This document shows, piece after piece, positions 26,561-40,471 of a stretch of DNA of 64,000 nt. The DNA lies in assembly GCF_020745735.1 (NCBI RefSeq), contig NC_083416.1, positions 61,839,131 to 61,903,130 of the forward strand, given 5' to 3'. How positions within the stretch are numbered: the first letter of the stretch is position 1; every line of letters begins with the position of its first letter. The notes below the pieces were generated by a model. That model ran no database searches, was not told the DNA's origin, and saw only the letters and a program-made list of their open reading frames with translations. A program made the position numbers and the translations under genes. This DNA comes from Hemiscyllium ocellatum (Eukaryota).

Positions 26561-27410
26561 AAGATTTTAACCTACTGCGAATCCTCTTGCAAGGATGCCT
26601 TCCTTGAAAAAGCTCTCTTCCTCGCTCTACAAGGATTTCAGTGAGTCTCTCTCTCACTGCACCCCCCCAGATCATCTCCTCTGCACAGAAGCTCTTCAGC
26701 CACGTTCTCAAACAGACTCGTTTCCACAGCCACATTTCCTTCCTCAGCACCTGCCTACGGAACCGACTGATCCCACACGGACTCCGAACTACATTCCAAC
26801 CAACAAAATTTGGACCCAACCAGGACAACCTGTACCTACAACAAATCCGAAGCCTCCAGCAACAGACTTCCCTCCGGATCCTCCGCTCCACGCTTGCAGC
26901 CATGCGTCGCTACCTACATTCCCTGCAATTAACCCTACCCCAGCTCAGGACAACACTCTCACAGACCTGCAAAGGACCTCTACTGTTCTTCATCTACAGA
27001 AGAATCCACACACTAAACAAACAGTTCTTCCTAGCCATATCAGAAATTAAAGACAGTAAGTAGCGAAAACTTTCACGTACTTACCCCCACACTCGTGGTT
27101 CCTCAACTGTTCCAGAATCTTCTATCGGCCTGTCGGACGCCATTACACATGCGGCTGCTACAGCGCCCGCGGCACGAACGGCCGATGATGACTGTGACGT
27201 CACTTCCGCCCCTACGATCGCCGCCCAAACAACCGCCCCAACGATCACCGCACAGACAACCGCTTCCACAATCGCCAGGAAGATCGCCGACGGACTCGCG
27301 ACCCCCGCGGCTACCGGGAATGACAACAGGTCTTTCGTCGCCACAACCATTTCCACCCCTTCGGTTGCCGTCGCCGCAGCCACTTCCGCCCCCACTGACA
27401 TCACTAACCT
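26561..27410 (+). mobile_element. Neptune-type Penelope 5' part (N-terminal domain plus T/A/P-rich linker), disrupted
   Basis: ATG 26595 MPSLKKLSSSLYKDFSESLSHCTP, +1 shift in the C-run at 26662-26668, then HSHISFLSTCLRNRLIPHGL (PLE N-terminal HxxFLxxC...LIPxGL motif). TAG at 27061. Confidence 0.75.
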
Positions 27411-29389
27411 GATTAAATTGTAAACAGGCTTCTGATCTGCTACTGACCCCTGTCTCACTGCATGCAAGAAGTTCCACCTTTATTGCACATTGATTGGCTT
27501 CAATTGCTCCACAATACCCTCATTGTAGCTCCTGACCTCAGTTTCATCCTTTAAAAGACACTTCTCGGTGGATCAGATATCTCCTCAGAGCTCAGTGTCA
27601 TGCTTTTTTTAAAATAATGTTCCTCAGAAGCACCTTGGGATGTTTCATTACATTAAAAAAATGCTCTATAAATATAATTTGTCGTTTATCAAGTTTCCCT
27701 CTTCACTAAAACAACATCAATACAACTCTGCAGGTGATGGAGATCTGAACTACAATTATTCATGTTGTCATCTTTGGATACTTTGGCAAGTTTATGTGTT
27801 AAAAATACTTTCCCCAAGAGCTTTTGTCGGTGAGGCGGACAAGGAGATGTAGAATTCGGTTTGTGGTTCAACTCAATATTATTAACAAAACATTCCTTAT
27901 TTAAAAAACTATGTAAGCATTTTCCAAATTCCCACGATATTTACTCTCAATTTAGTTCTATCCCTTTGATAAAAAAGGATATTATTTGCAGCGATCCACG
28001 TGTTTGAGTTGGTCAGTTGGAATCTCCTTCCTCTCTCATGTAGGGCTGGCTCTCTTCAACAAAAGGAGGATTTTCCAGGTCAAAATAGATCTCCTCTTGG
28101 GTTACCACAGTCTTCTGCCACCGATCTTGCTGTAAATCTTCACTGTAGGGATAGCTTTCAGGTATCTATTTTAACCGTCTCCTCTTCCAGAATATTCTGT
28201 AGTCTTATGGTCAATGGGGTGTTGAATGGAATTTCAAAGCATCCAATGGGATCATGCCAAGACCCTTCACTGTTGCTATGCGGGGGGGAGGTGGGAAGTG
28301 CAGATCCTCAGGCACTGGCTGGAAGTCAAGGTGGCAGAAAATCTGATTGATACTTCTCCAATACACAACCCTTGGGCTGGCTGTAACTGGTTTCCTCAGA
28401 ATCTTTGTGACCTCCTTAACCTTGGTTTCCACTGTTATTTTTGGATGATAGCTGCTGGTTGCGATTTCACTTACTTGGCCTATAATCTGTCAGACCCAAT
28501 TTCTCCAGCCGTAGGTCAATTTACCATGTCCAACTTTGGTCCACAGTAGTTTAACCACATTCACTATAACTGACTACACTTCTTCACAAACTGCTTCCTG
28601 GAAAGACTATTCGATTCCCCAGTTTTTTTCATCTCCGTTACATCTATTCTGATAATGTTGTCTTCCACAAATGTTTGGAATATTCATTCATGGCACGTGG
28701 GTGTCACTAGCTGAGCCAGTATTTATTTTTCCTCCTTAGATGCCCTCAAGAAGGTGGTAGTGAGCTGCATTCTGGAAATCCTGCAAATCCATATGCTGTG
28801 GGTTGACCCACAAAACAGTTATAAAGGGAATCTCCAGGATTTTGACTCAGCGATATATTTTCAATTATTCTCAATCCAGTCATCCCAAATCCCACCTGCT
28901 TTGATTTTGTATAGGACTTGTGTAGGACTTCATTAAAAACTTGCTTAAAGTCCAAATGCTTCTGTCAATTTGTCCTATTATATTTGCTGCTCAGAACGTG
29001 GGGAGATCAAACAATGATGGAATGACTACTTTACAGGACACTTTCATTCACTCCATAAGCATGACTCACTTTTCCAATATACCATCTGGCTCTCCTGCTC
29101 ACATTTCTGCCCGAGGCCTCCTACAGTGTTCCAGTGAAATCCAGCATAAGCTGGAGAAACAACACTTAGTGTTCTATTGAGGCACTTTTCAGTCTCTGGA
29201 CTCAATAGAATGCGCTACAATGTCAGACTATCTTATTCCCCCACCCTCCCAGCAAAAGAGTCTGAGTGTTTCCTTTTCACATTTTTTGTTTCAATCAGGG
29301 CTGACCTTTATTCTGCTATTAACACTTGCTCTGGAACAATGCTTTGCTCCTTTCTAACAACCGTTACCAATTCCTTTGCTTTTTGTTCC

Positions 29390-29965
29390 ATGGTTTATCA
29401 GTGCATTACATATAAAAGAGTTGACATGTCATGTTGTGGCTATCCAGGACATTAGTTTAACATCATTTGGAAAATGGAGTTCAATTCTGGTCTTCCTGCT
29501 ATAGGGAAAATATTGTTAAACTTGAAAGGGTGTAGAAAAGATTTACAAGGATGGTGCCAGGGTTGGAGAGTTTGAGCTATCGCGAGAGGTTGAATAGGCC
29601 AGGGCTATTTTCCCTGGAGCTTCAGAGGCTGAAGGGTGCCCTTATAGAAGTGTATAAAATCATAAGGGGCATGGATAAGGTCATTGGCTAAGGTCTTTTT
29701 CCCAGGGTAGGGGAGTCCAAAACTAGAGGCCATAGTGAGAAGGGAAAGATTTGAAAGGGACCTAAGGGGCAACATTTTCATGCAGAGGGTGTTGCATGTA
29801 TGGAATAAGCTGCCAGACAAAGTGGTGGAGGCTGGTACATTTACAACATTAACAGCATTTGGATGGGTACGTGAATAGGAAGGGTGCCTAGGTGAGGTTA
29901 GGATATCGATTCGGCTGGACAAGTTGACCAAAGTGTCTGTTTCTATGCTGCACATCACTATGACA
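29390..29965 (+). mobile_element. CR1 LINE 3' fragment
   Basis: Collinear with 16559-16962 and with the reverse complement of 62020-62650. Confidence 0.85.
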
Positions 29966-30329
29966 CTTTAGGACCTTAAACTCCACTGCCTTGCAATCTT
30001 TCCCTGACAGTCCCTTTGGCTCCACTTGTCCCTGATGCCCTTTTTCAATGGCATAAACCAATCACATTTCCTTGGATCTTTCATGGTCTTTGGATCCAGA
30101 GAAGAATCATATTAGACTCAAGACGTTAACTCTGTTTCTATCCCCACAGTTGCTGTCAGACATCATTCTTCACTGCCAGAATCAAGGCTTAGCATACTGC
30201 TCGGCCCTACCCAATCAATACTGGCTGAAACTCTGCACCAACACAACATGCTGCTAAACCAGGCATTTGAAAGAGATGTATCAAAAGGATCAAGAAACCA
30301 AAAATCTAGCAACAGGTAGAACAGTATCT

Positions 30330-30575
30330 CAAATCTGAACACTGGAAAGCATTGCCACTAAAGTAGCTCTCTGTGCCATTCCAGACTTTTCCCTCAAGGA
30401 GCAGCTAGATAGTAAGCCCATCAGAACAGGAGTTGAACCAGCATGGCTACTGTATCTCCATGAACTTATGTATCCTTGCTGGAAGGAAAGATTTGCTCCT
30501 CAAGATGAGGGTAATGCAAAAATAGTCATATTGTACAAAAACAAACGGGATCCCAGTGACTGTGATAATTACTAA
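30330..30575 (+). mobile_element. RTE-like LINE RT remnant
   Basis: Translates CWKERFAPQDEGNAKIVILYKNKRDPSDCDNY, resembling the RTE PQDxRDAxIVxLYKNKGDxSDCxNY segment. Confidence 0.6.
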
Positions 30576-30661
30576 TTGGGAAGGGCTGACCAAATTGCAG
30601 ACCCGGATATTAATCAGCAGTCAGCAGTCTCAATGCAGTTTCAAAGAACTGACAGATTGAA

Positions 30662-30790
30662 CCTGATGAAGGGCTTTTGCCTGAACTGGTGATTCTACTG
30701 CTCCTCGGATACAGCCTGACCTGCTGTGCTTTTCTAGCACTACACTCTCGACCCTAATCTCCAGCATCCACAGTCCTCACTTTTGCCTAG
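30662..30790 (+). mobile_element. Short Penelope tail fragment starting at a decayed hammerhead core
   Basis: CCTGATGAAGGGCTTTTGCCTGAA...CTCCAGCATCCACAGTCCTCACTTT. A similar fragment lies at ~44501-44585. Confidence 0.7.
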
Positions 30791-31955
30791 TTGACACGAT
30801 TTCCTCACTTAATCAGTTACACCAGTAGTGCTCTGAACAGCATAGCATTATTCTACACTGAGGTCTTTGGCCTTGTCAGCACATACAGGCTTTGTTTTAA
30901 AGAAACAATTGCGGACTTTGGGCTTTCACCTGGGCCACGGACTGCAATTGTTTCTGTCCACAAGATAATGCATATAGTTTCAGCAGGGAGATACTCAGTG
31001 TTGCTGTGGTCACTAGCCTGAAGAAAATCATCCATCCTAATGAGTAGTTATCACTTCTATCCGTCAAGAACTTTCTTCGTCTTTCCTCAGTTAATAGTAA
31101 AGCTTTATAACTTTGAGTTTGAGTTTAAGCAATAGTCTATTCATAGACTTTTGGATGTAATTTAGTAAAAAAAAGCCCAAGTATCTTGTTGTCGGATTCC
31201 TCAATATTGAAGTCACATCCTCAAAGAGGTTGGTTATGGTTTGACAGACAGGATTTGTCTCTTCTGCCTGCTTTTTCCTAGATTGTTGAACAGATAATGT
31301 TCAAGTCTACTGTTAATCATTAGTTCTATTATGTAAAGACACTATAATTTGTATTTTTCTTATTTTTGATTTTGGACTGAATGGGAAGAGAATCCAATTT
31401 TAAAAATCAGCAATTTTGCTGCATGTTTTGAAGGCAAGTAATGATACTCTGTTTACACAACTAATGGTTCAAGCTGTACTGGGAGAAGGGGCAGATGAGC
31501 TGGAGCCAACAGTGTGCATAAATGGAGATTCAGCTGGCAACAAAGAGCTGATTGGTCTGTGGACTAGTGACCAGTTATCAATAACAAAGGTCTTCTGCCT
31601 GCCAAAAAATGATGCAATTGGTTTTCAGTTAGCTGAACAGCCTGAGGCTGTTAATAAGAAGTCATTATACCCTCATCAATTGAAGCTGCAGTGTCTGTTC
31701 TTTGCAGCAAAATCCATTGTAAAGAGTAAGGCCATTTTTAGTGAGAGGAGTATGCTGTTGACAATGCTGCTTTCTCAAACAATTCAAAACTGGTTTCAAA
31801 GCAATTTTCAAAACTTTGAGCCACAGAAATGTTCAGATGCCCATGGGTCTTTCATTTATTGATCATTTAAATACTGTACAATCCCCTCACTTGCTCTGTA
31901 GCACTTGTGACCACTGGGATATACAGATATCTGTTACTCGAGAGCTGAAGTGTAC

Positions 31956-32593
31956 TGTTATGAACCAGGCCAGACCAACTGAAAACATTTCAAGAAAGTA
32001 GCCCAGACTCTAACTTTGCTAGATGTTTTAAGAAGTGTAGAGAGGATATTCCAGGAGTGATGCAGCGGGTAAAACCATTTAGATTTTTTAAAAAAACAGA
32101 ATTTATTTGCAAGATTACCAAATGAAACACCAACAAAAGATAACAGAATAACTTAACCTATCCAAAAACCCAACAGATTATCCCAACTTAATGATGCTGT
32201 TCCACATACTTACACCAATCCCCAAAACCAATCCTTGGCAAAAAAAAAGTGGGAAAAATCCAACATATTCTTAAGGGAGAGATGTCAGAGAGAGGGAGGA
32301 TCAGCATGGACCTGCTTCTTGGGTCCAGCAGCTTCACAACTGACTGTTTACTAAATCCAAACCTAACCAGAGAAAAGCTGAGCTGGGAGAACTGGCTACT
32401 CCCCTTCCATTGTACAAGTATATTTTTTTTAAAATTTGAAAGTCTTTTCTCTGAGGCAGTTTCTTGTTAGCCATAATCAAACTGACCCTAAAACCCTTCA
32501 AACCTAGATCTCCTGGAGTCTCTGCGTTTTTGAACCCTCTGAAAAAATACCCAAGGACAACATAACCTTGTTAAAAGGCGCAGCATCATCACA
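31956..32593. mobile_element. Probable solo LTR
   Basis: Termini TGTTATGA...TCATCACA (7/8 inverted match, TG..CA). TSD not convincing. Confidence 0.55.
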
Positions 32594-34399
32594 AGTTCAA
32601 AGCTAAAATGTAGTGTTGGAACCAATAACAAAAACATTACAAATTGAATTAGTAAAAATATGAAAGCAGTAAAAATTGACAGGTAAGGTTTATTGTTGAC
32701 AAGTGCAAGTAATTGCATTTAGGAAGGAAACATAAGCAAATACTGAATGGTCTTGAAATAGCTAAGGACAAACTTAAGCCATAAGTCATGGCAGAATCAA
32801 TATTAAACATGTCCAATCAATAAAGTCACCATAGTCCTCCCAAGGGTCACCATGCCGCAGACCATGGGTGAGATAAGGAAGGCAGTATGTTCATGTTGAC
32901 TTCAATTAGTGCCAGAATTGAACCTGTGCTGTTGGTGTCAGTCTACAGCACAAATCAGCCATCCAGCCAATTAAGCTAACTGACCCATGTGTCCAGTTAA
33001 TAATTAACAAAATAAATACTGAACAGCAGAGCTAATGCATTAGAATGAATGTCAGGAAATTGTGGTTGTATTATACAGCGTCCTGGTCAGATGACAGCTA
33101 CGTAATGTTTGTACACATCTGGTCAGCTAGAGTGACATGAAGCACTGCAGAGAAAAAGCCTCAAATGCAGGAGGAAAAAATCTCCAGAATCAAGTTTGAT
33201 TTAAGAAGAAGAATTTTAAAAACTTTTGCTTTTCAGTCCTGAAACAAATTTAGCTTATGGCGTACTTAAAATGATTTGGGGATTGAAAAAAATCCAAATA
33301 TTACTTTAAATTATATTTCAATAACAAGCAAGGAGACAAGATATAATTTTGAGACTGGTACCTGGAAGTTCATCTTGACATTGGAAGAAACAATGTACTG
33401 ATTAGGCAGATAGACTAAAGGTGAAAACTCCGGAAATATTTGAATACTAATGAGATAACTTTAAGAACTCGCTGAATGGATGGATTTAGGTGGGTTGAGT
33501 ATTCATTCTCATGAATGCAATGTGATCATCCAATTATGGCCCTTGACAAAAACTACAAAGGAATAACACCAGCCAGAAAGAAATGAATTTATCTATTAAA
33601 AAGTTAATTTGCTGCCCCCTACAGGAGTGACACTCACCGATCTAAAATGCTGGTCTGCCAATTACAATTTTTAACCACAAGAGGTGAAGTGATTAAGTTT
33701 TACTTTGCAGTGAAGACTGTGTTCCATAGGTTCAAGCCTCACTCTGAAGCTTTGAGCATTACAACGTAGTGCTGAGGGAAAGCTGCAGTTTCATAAGTGC
33801 TCTCCTTTGGATACAACTTTAAACAAGAGTACAGTTGGAGAATCAAATGCAATGACCTGAAATGATGGCATGGAACTTAAGTATTTATTTGGCCTCTGCA
33901 GAATGATATAAATCTTCTGAGTGCGATATTGCACCATATTTATCTTCAAGTAAACTTTCTAGACTCCAGGCATCCAAAGTAAAATCTATGCTTCAGTAAG
34001 GAACCAACAGATTGTTTTAAGAAATTGCAATTTGTTGATTTCACAAGTTATGATTTTTCACTTTTAGTCCAAAGTACTACAAATAACTGGCATAGCCACC
34101 TCAGAACAATTTAAACATGCCTAATACTGGACATTTTCCAAACTATACTGAATACTATGCTATATATAAAAATAATATATTATGTATAGGCAGACTTGTA
34201 CTTGCGCAGCATTCATTGTTAGTTTGGTCCAGCACTGTTGAAGTCACGGTGGAAGGGCATCACGGGAGCATTGATGAGGTGGGCCGTGGCAAGAAGCTCC
34301 AATGATGGTGGATATAGCGCAGATAGTGGTAGAAGTGAATCAGCCCAGCGGTGAAAGATGGCAGCTGAGCATCCGTAGCTTCGACATTATAACAACTCA

Positions 34400-35720
34400 A
34401 AGATACCCACAGCCCTCCAGAACCTTCCTCCTCTTCCCTTCACTTCACCAATATATACTACAAACCAACCAACTGCTGCAATTACTTTTTCCTGTACATC
34501 CTCACATCCTGTTTCTTGTAAAGACTCTATCCCATTCTCCAAGTTCCTCCCTTTCCATTGAATCTGTTCTGAGGGGTCCTTCAAAATGTCCACCTTCTTC
34601 CTCAAACAAGGATTCTCCAGCACTGCAGTTGACAGGAATCTCAGCCAGGTCCAACCCATCTCCACATTTCAGCCCGCACCCCTCTCTTCCCTCCCACAGC
34701 AGCAATAGGGTCCCTTTTGTGTTCACCTACCATTCCACATTCAGAGGATCATTAGCTACCATTTCCATCACCACCACCAGACATAATCCCCTCCTCTCGT
34801 TGGTTTTGTGCAAGGATTGCTCCCTCCGGGATACCCTGGTCCACTCCTCCTCCACTCCCAACATCCCTCACAGCCCCATGGCACCTTCCACTGCAACCGC
34901 AGAAGGTGCAACACCTGCCTATTTACTTCCTCCTCAGTATCCAAGAGCTTAAACACACCTAGTTGAAGCAGCATTTTACCTGCAATTCACTCAATCTAGT
35001 CTACTGCATTCACTGCTCACAATATAGTCTCCACTACTTGGGTTCTGACTGCAAAAATAGACCCTGAGCTTGCAGCTACCTGCCACTTCAACACACTGCC
35101 ATGTTCCCTGGCCAACATCTGTCTCAGGCTTGCTGCAGTGCTCCAGCAAAGCTCAGTCAGGAAGAGCAGCACCTCATTTTCCACTTAGGAAATCTACAGC
35201 CTTCTGGACTCAACATAGAGTGCAATAATTTTAAGGCTTGAGGCACCTTCTCCCACATCCTTACCCCAAACCAGGTCTTGTTGTCATATGTTCTGCTATT
35301 ACATACTACATTGTCAGCCAATAATAATCCTCATGAGTAGCAATTCATACTCCTAGCTAATTTTTATCCACTCCTTTGTCTGTCCAATGCACATTTTATT
35401 TTAATCACTTACATTTATTGCATATTCAGAATGTGTGTCCTAATCAAGAATTGTTGAGCACAGAAATCAAAGCTGACACCCTAGTCCAGTTCTTCTCTCT
35501 CTCTCTCTCTCTCTCTCTCTTCCCCCCCCTCCCTCCTTGGGCTCTATCAATCATTTACTCCTTACTCCATTCCCCTCATCTTATCTTCTGCATAAAAAAA
35601 CTTTGTCATAGCTACCATCAATTCCGAGGAAGGATCAATAGATCTAAACATTAACGCTGATTTCTCTCCACAAATGCTGCCAAACCTGCTGAGCTTTTCC
35701 AGCAATGTTTTTGTTTCATT
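34400..35720 (+). mobile_element. Degenerate Neptune-type Penelope 3' half
   Basis: NRVPFVFTYH and KDCSLRDTLVHSS are homologous to the 25241-26164 protein. Tail with (CT)n and GATGCTGCC-like terminus. Confidence 0.75.
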
Positions 35721-35921
35721 GTTAGTTGGGTCTGGTATAGACAGCAACGAGGTATTAATGGTCCTGAGTGGCTGAGGATTGGAATATAGATGGTCTTCTC
35801 TAAGTTAATCGCTTTTTATTAAAACTATCAAAATAGCACAGTATTGCAGTGATACATGAAATTTTTCCAATGTATTTTACTGTATTTCTCACCAATTTAT
35901 AGGACAATAAAATCATTCAAT

Positions 35922-36880
35922 TGTTATAAAGTTGGGTAGAGTACTAGGAGACTGGGAGGTAGGAAGTTAGAATTTGGTGTTTGTAAAGTGTTGGAGGGAA
36001 AGCATTGTGCAGTCACTTTAAGAGATCACATGCTTTTTCAGCACTTAGAGATTTAAAATGGATGTCTTTGAGCAATAGCTTGAATGCTTGCGAGTACACA
36101 GAGAGCACCCGAATTGAAACAATTGTATTGAAAGACTGTATAGTTAGTAGGCCAAGCAGCAGTTTTTAACTAAGAAAGTGGGATTTAGTCAATTTGTAAC
36201 AGGTACTTCTATACCAAAAGCCTATTAAATTTAACTCTGATGGTTTTGACAACACAAGAGCAATCCCATTGTAAGAGATATTGATAGGTCATCAAGGGTG
36301 TAAAATAAGGTGGCAGTTGGATGAAGATCTGAGAGCTAGCTGCCACCCGTCAGAGCCAACAGCCATCAGCTCTCTACAGAATCGTTGGCTCTCACAGCCT
36401 CCTCTATGTCTTAGAGAAAGCACCATTTCAGTAACAACAATATCAATGGCACAATCAGTTAACACTCCAGACAGACGAATTGGTGGAGAAGGCACAGAAC
36501 ATTTCAGAAGACATAGCCTGGCTGTAATTTTGAGACACTAAACTCTACTTTTTCCAAATAAAAAAAAAACTGGGACTTGTATCTCTCGGAACAGCATACC
36601 ATTGGAATCTTATTTTATTCAGGAATAGTTAGCAGTTAGAAGGGATTTATTTGGTTTTTAATAGTTTAGTTAATTTGCTCACTGTTAAAAGAGTTGGATA
36701 AATAAATTGTTACTGTATGTTAAAAGTGACTGTCAGAGGTTTACTTTACTTAACCACTAGAAGTTGCTGAAAGGCAGGTTATACCATTTGTCACTCTTCT
36801 TACAGATGATGGGGCAAGGTGCTCCTCCTTGGGAGGTTTTGGTTCTCAGAAGGAGAGGGGTCAACCTCCACTTTATAACA
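35922..36880 (+). mobile_element. Solo LTR (959 bp)
   Basis: Perfect 11-bp terminal inverted repeat TGTTATAAAGT...ACTTTATAACA. Flanks CAAT/CATT (3/4). AATAAA at 36701. Confidence 0.7.
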
Positions 36881-39759
36881 CATTCATAAAATAATTTATT
36901 AATTCATTCATCTATCACAACCAGGAGATGGTTTACAATAAATTCTTTTGAAGTGTAAATACTGTTGCAACATAGGCAACACAGAAGACAATTTATGCAC
37001 AAAGTTCTTATGAACAGAATTGTGATTTCAGCTGGATAAGATTTATTTTCTGGATTAAGAATTGAGATAAGTAATTATCTGGACATTCAGAAATAAAACA
37101 CAATCCCAAAATAAAGCCTGCTTCTTTTCAAACGGTGCCAGAGGACCTTTCACTTCACTACGGAGTAGGCCATTCAAGCTAACTTACTCCACCATTTACC
37201 AAGATCATAGCTGATGTAGTTGTGACCTGAAAGCTACCTTCCACCTACAGTTCTCTCAACAATCTAAAAGGTAATGCAGCACTCCTTCACTACTGGACTA
37301 AAGTGTCAGCTGTGATTTCTGTGCTCAACAATTCTTGATTAGGACACAAATTCAGAATATGCAATAAATGTATGTGATTAAAATAAAACAAAGTGCGCTT
37401 TAGAAACTTAAAGCAGAGGAAAACATGAAAGTGTTTAAAAATAGACAAACACAAGGCTGCCATTCAGTCAATTAATTTCTTTTCCGCCATTCAATGGATG
37501 ATTGATATTTTAATCTAATTTACCCATTTTACTCCAAATCCCTGAACACCCTTGTTAAACAAAACCTTTCAAATCCAGTATCAAATATTTCAATGGAGCT
37601 AGCTGCATGAGACCTTTGCAGGAATGAGTTTCGCATTTCCACTTTGTGTTAAAAGCACACTTTATTATTTTACTTGCAAAAAAGAAAAAGAAATTAAGAT
37701 TTTGACTTCTTGTTCAGAATTTCCTCAAATAGTGCATACAGTTTCTCTGTATCTGCTTCCTTTATCAACTCAAAACTTCCCAAAGTCAATTGATTTCAAA
37801 GTTCATGCAACCTATCAATTTTACTCCTTAAGGTGTCCCATTCCTATGAATCTGCACTGCACCTCTGCCAAGTGCTAAGCATATTTTCCAAAATGTATGC
37901 TCAAATAACAATGACAATACAGTATTCTATTACAGGTCAAACATATTGATCCATCACCTCCAGACTTTTGTATTCCAACTTTACTTTCCAGTAATCCTTT
38001 TAATCAAAAATCATAATGCAAAATAAAAGCAACTAATAAAGAGGTGTTCTATCTGCATCTGAAAATAGATTAAGTTATAATCTGTTGGCATCTAAAAGTT
38101 TGTATGTCAAATTTGTATGACAGACAGAAGTGCAATATGCAAGTGCGTAAAAAATGAAAGATGAAACAGAAGCAAGATCAGGGACAGATTTCTTCAACTG
38201 ACACTTATTTTCAACAAATGAAACTTCATATTTCTACCCCTCAGTCTGAAGATTCAAACTTGACTCAAAATGTTAATCGCTTCTTGTTCCACAGATGCTG
38301 GTAGACCCAGTTCTTCTTTAAAATTTAAATAAACATTTTACTTTTAGATCTCCAGCATATAAATCATGGTTTTAAGTGAGATGATGAAATCAAACAATTC
38401 CTCAGGGCAATACCCTAAGCTAACCATCTACAGCTATTTTAATGCATTTCCTTCCATCACGAAGGTCAGAAGTAAGACGCTCCCTAGTGGTTACAGTGTT
38501 CTGTTCCATTCACAGCTCCTCAAGGAGGAAGCAGCCCATGTGCAGCATTGCTTGACCTTTCCAAGAAAAGATTAAATAATCATCTCCCTCCTTAACATTA
38601 CAAACATAGATTTGCGCAACATTAACATCGAAGGAGACCCAGTTGGCCGGAAAACCAAACAAAAGCAGTAACTGTTTGTAAAGGATGGTTATTCTGCAGC
38701 AAGTGACTGACCACTAGACCCTCTCTAACATTAACAAGATGCAGCGTTCAGGAGTGAGATGAAATACTCCTCACTTGCCTGAACGAAGACAGTGCTAAAA
38801 TGCAACAACAATCAGGATCAGGCACGCTACTGGAGTAGCGCCCCACCCAGCTGCTACAGCATACACTCATTCCACCATCATTGGATGGTGTAAACTGTGT
38901 CTACCAACTACAGCCACTTTCCAAGAAATCTTCACACAGCATCTTTCAAACGTCTGACTTCTAACAATTGAAAGGGGAAGGGCAGCAGACACACAGGGGC
39001 ACCACAACCTACAAGTTATCCACCATCATCCTGACTTGAAAATAGTGCACCTCATTTTTAGTCAAGAAATGAAAATCTTTGTAAACCTCTCTACAACAGC
39101 AGTGGAAGTATCTTCACCAGAGTGACAGAAGGCAGCTTCTCAACAACAATTAATGGTGGCCATATCATGTGTAACATGGACATTTCTAATTAACAAAATT
39201 GACCACTTAAAAACCACAGATCGAATGTGAACATCTGAAACAAATGCAAAATGGCTTTTTGCATATTCGAGTATTCCAGAAAATACGACCACCCATTTTG
39301 TCTCAACCCTGATCCGTGATGAATTTCAAACAAACACACACAGGAAAATCCGATGTATTTGCTGGAAATGGCGAATAAAACCGGAAAATGATGGCCTCAC
39401 CAGTACCTGCGAAGAGAAAGTTAAAGTTTCAAGCAATTTGTTCAGTGTACCCAGCAGCATGTATTTTTAAACTAAAATGATTAGCAAACCGATGAATTCT
39501 GTTGCTGCTGAAGAAACACCTTTAGTTAACTCATGGGACACATTAACAACTGCACAGCGGTTGCAAAAACTAAGAAAGATTAACAGCAGACCATAAATTA
39601 GAAACAGGGACATGAATGAGGCCTGCGGGAGGTCGGAATCAAGGTTAATACAGGTGGCGCACAACACAAGACCATCAACCAGACTCACAACGAGACAATA
39701 GTAGCAGAGGAAGGCATCACAAAACAACGGGAAGACGGGAGTACATAAGAAGCACAGAA

Positions 39760-40131
39760 GTCGTAATAAATAATTGGAAAGTCTTAAAAATGAAGCATTG
39801 AAGTGGTAGCTTATCGCGAGTGACTTCACATTAAGGCATCAACTGACAATGGAGCCAGTCTTATTCCACCTTGACAAACTGCACTGACCCTTCAAACCAC
39901 ACTCGTCCCAATCTCAACATTCTTGCAAGTCATGTAGAGGGGTTGTCACTTCACCGATTATTAAATTATTTCCTAATGGCCTTAATAAGATTATTGACCT
40001 GGCACTCCACCCACCCCCTCCCAAAATAGGTCTGATACAGCCTCTTTATAAGGGTGAGAGACCATCTGTTTCCAATTCTATTGAGCGGAGTAACTTTTTC
40101 GAGTATAGAGTTAATCTTCGTTTTAAAGACG
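39760..40131 (+). promoter_or_regulatory. Putative GDF9 proximal promoter
   Basis: TATA-like TTTATAAG at 40045-40052, about 80 nt before the ATG. TAATTG at 39771-39776 and a TAAT/ATTA cluster at 39956-39995 (homeodomain-like). E-boxes CAACTG (39840) and CATCTG (40063). Short motifs, so function is inferred. Confidence 0.45.
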
Positions 40132-40471
40132 ATGCGCTTTGTGAGAAGCGCTGCAATGCATCTTCACTGTAGTATATGGCTAGTATTATTGAGCAGTTGT
40201 ATCTCTCCTACCACATCCATCAGCTCTGCCGGTCCAGAGGTAACCTCCAATCCCCAGGATTATATTCCAGTTCCTCTCCTAGAAGTTCTAATGGAAAAAC
40301 CCGGCTGGGATTTTCGGGTTCCTATAAAACCCGCTGCAAAGTACTTAAAGTACATGAAAAGATTATACACAATGTGCGCTACGCAGGATGGAATACCCAG
40401 AAGACCAGCAGCTCAGCGATATAACACCGTGAGGTTACTAACACCCCGGGTCGAGTCTCGTGATATAGAAG
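40132..40471 (+). CDS. GDF9: Growth differentiation factor 9, coding exon 1 (signal peptide and N-terminal prodomain)
   Basis: ATG at 40132 gives MRFVRSAAMHLHCSIWLVLLSSC..., then YMKRLYTMCATQDGIP...YNTVRLLTP, matching the GDF9 exon-1 motif (human YMKKLYKTYATKEGIP...YNTVRLFTP). Ends at donor GAAG|gtaaca; 340 nt, phase 1. Confidence 0.93.

Noticed and set aside
31416-31862. 148-aa ORF
   Set aside because: Non-ATG start, no recognisable motif and no splice context.
34200-34390. CpG-containing segment with a minus-strand YLRYIHH peptide resembling an RT YIDD motif
   Set aside because: Too short and degenerate; probably an inverted piece of the adjacent Penelope, but I cannot support that.
39240-39830. 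Divergent promoter or antisense exon upstream of GDF9
   Set aside because: Mild CpG excess and donor-like hexamers only; the 120-aa minus ORF has no family features.
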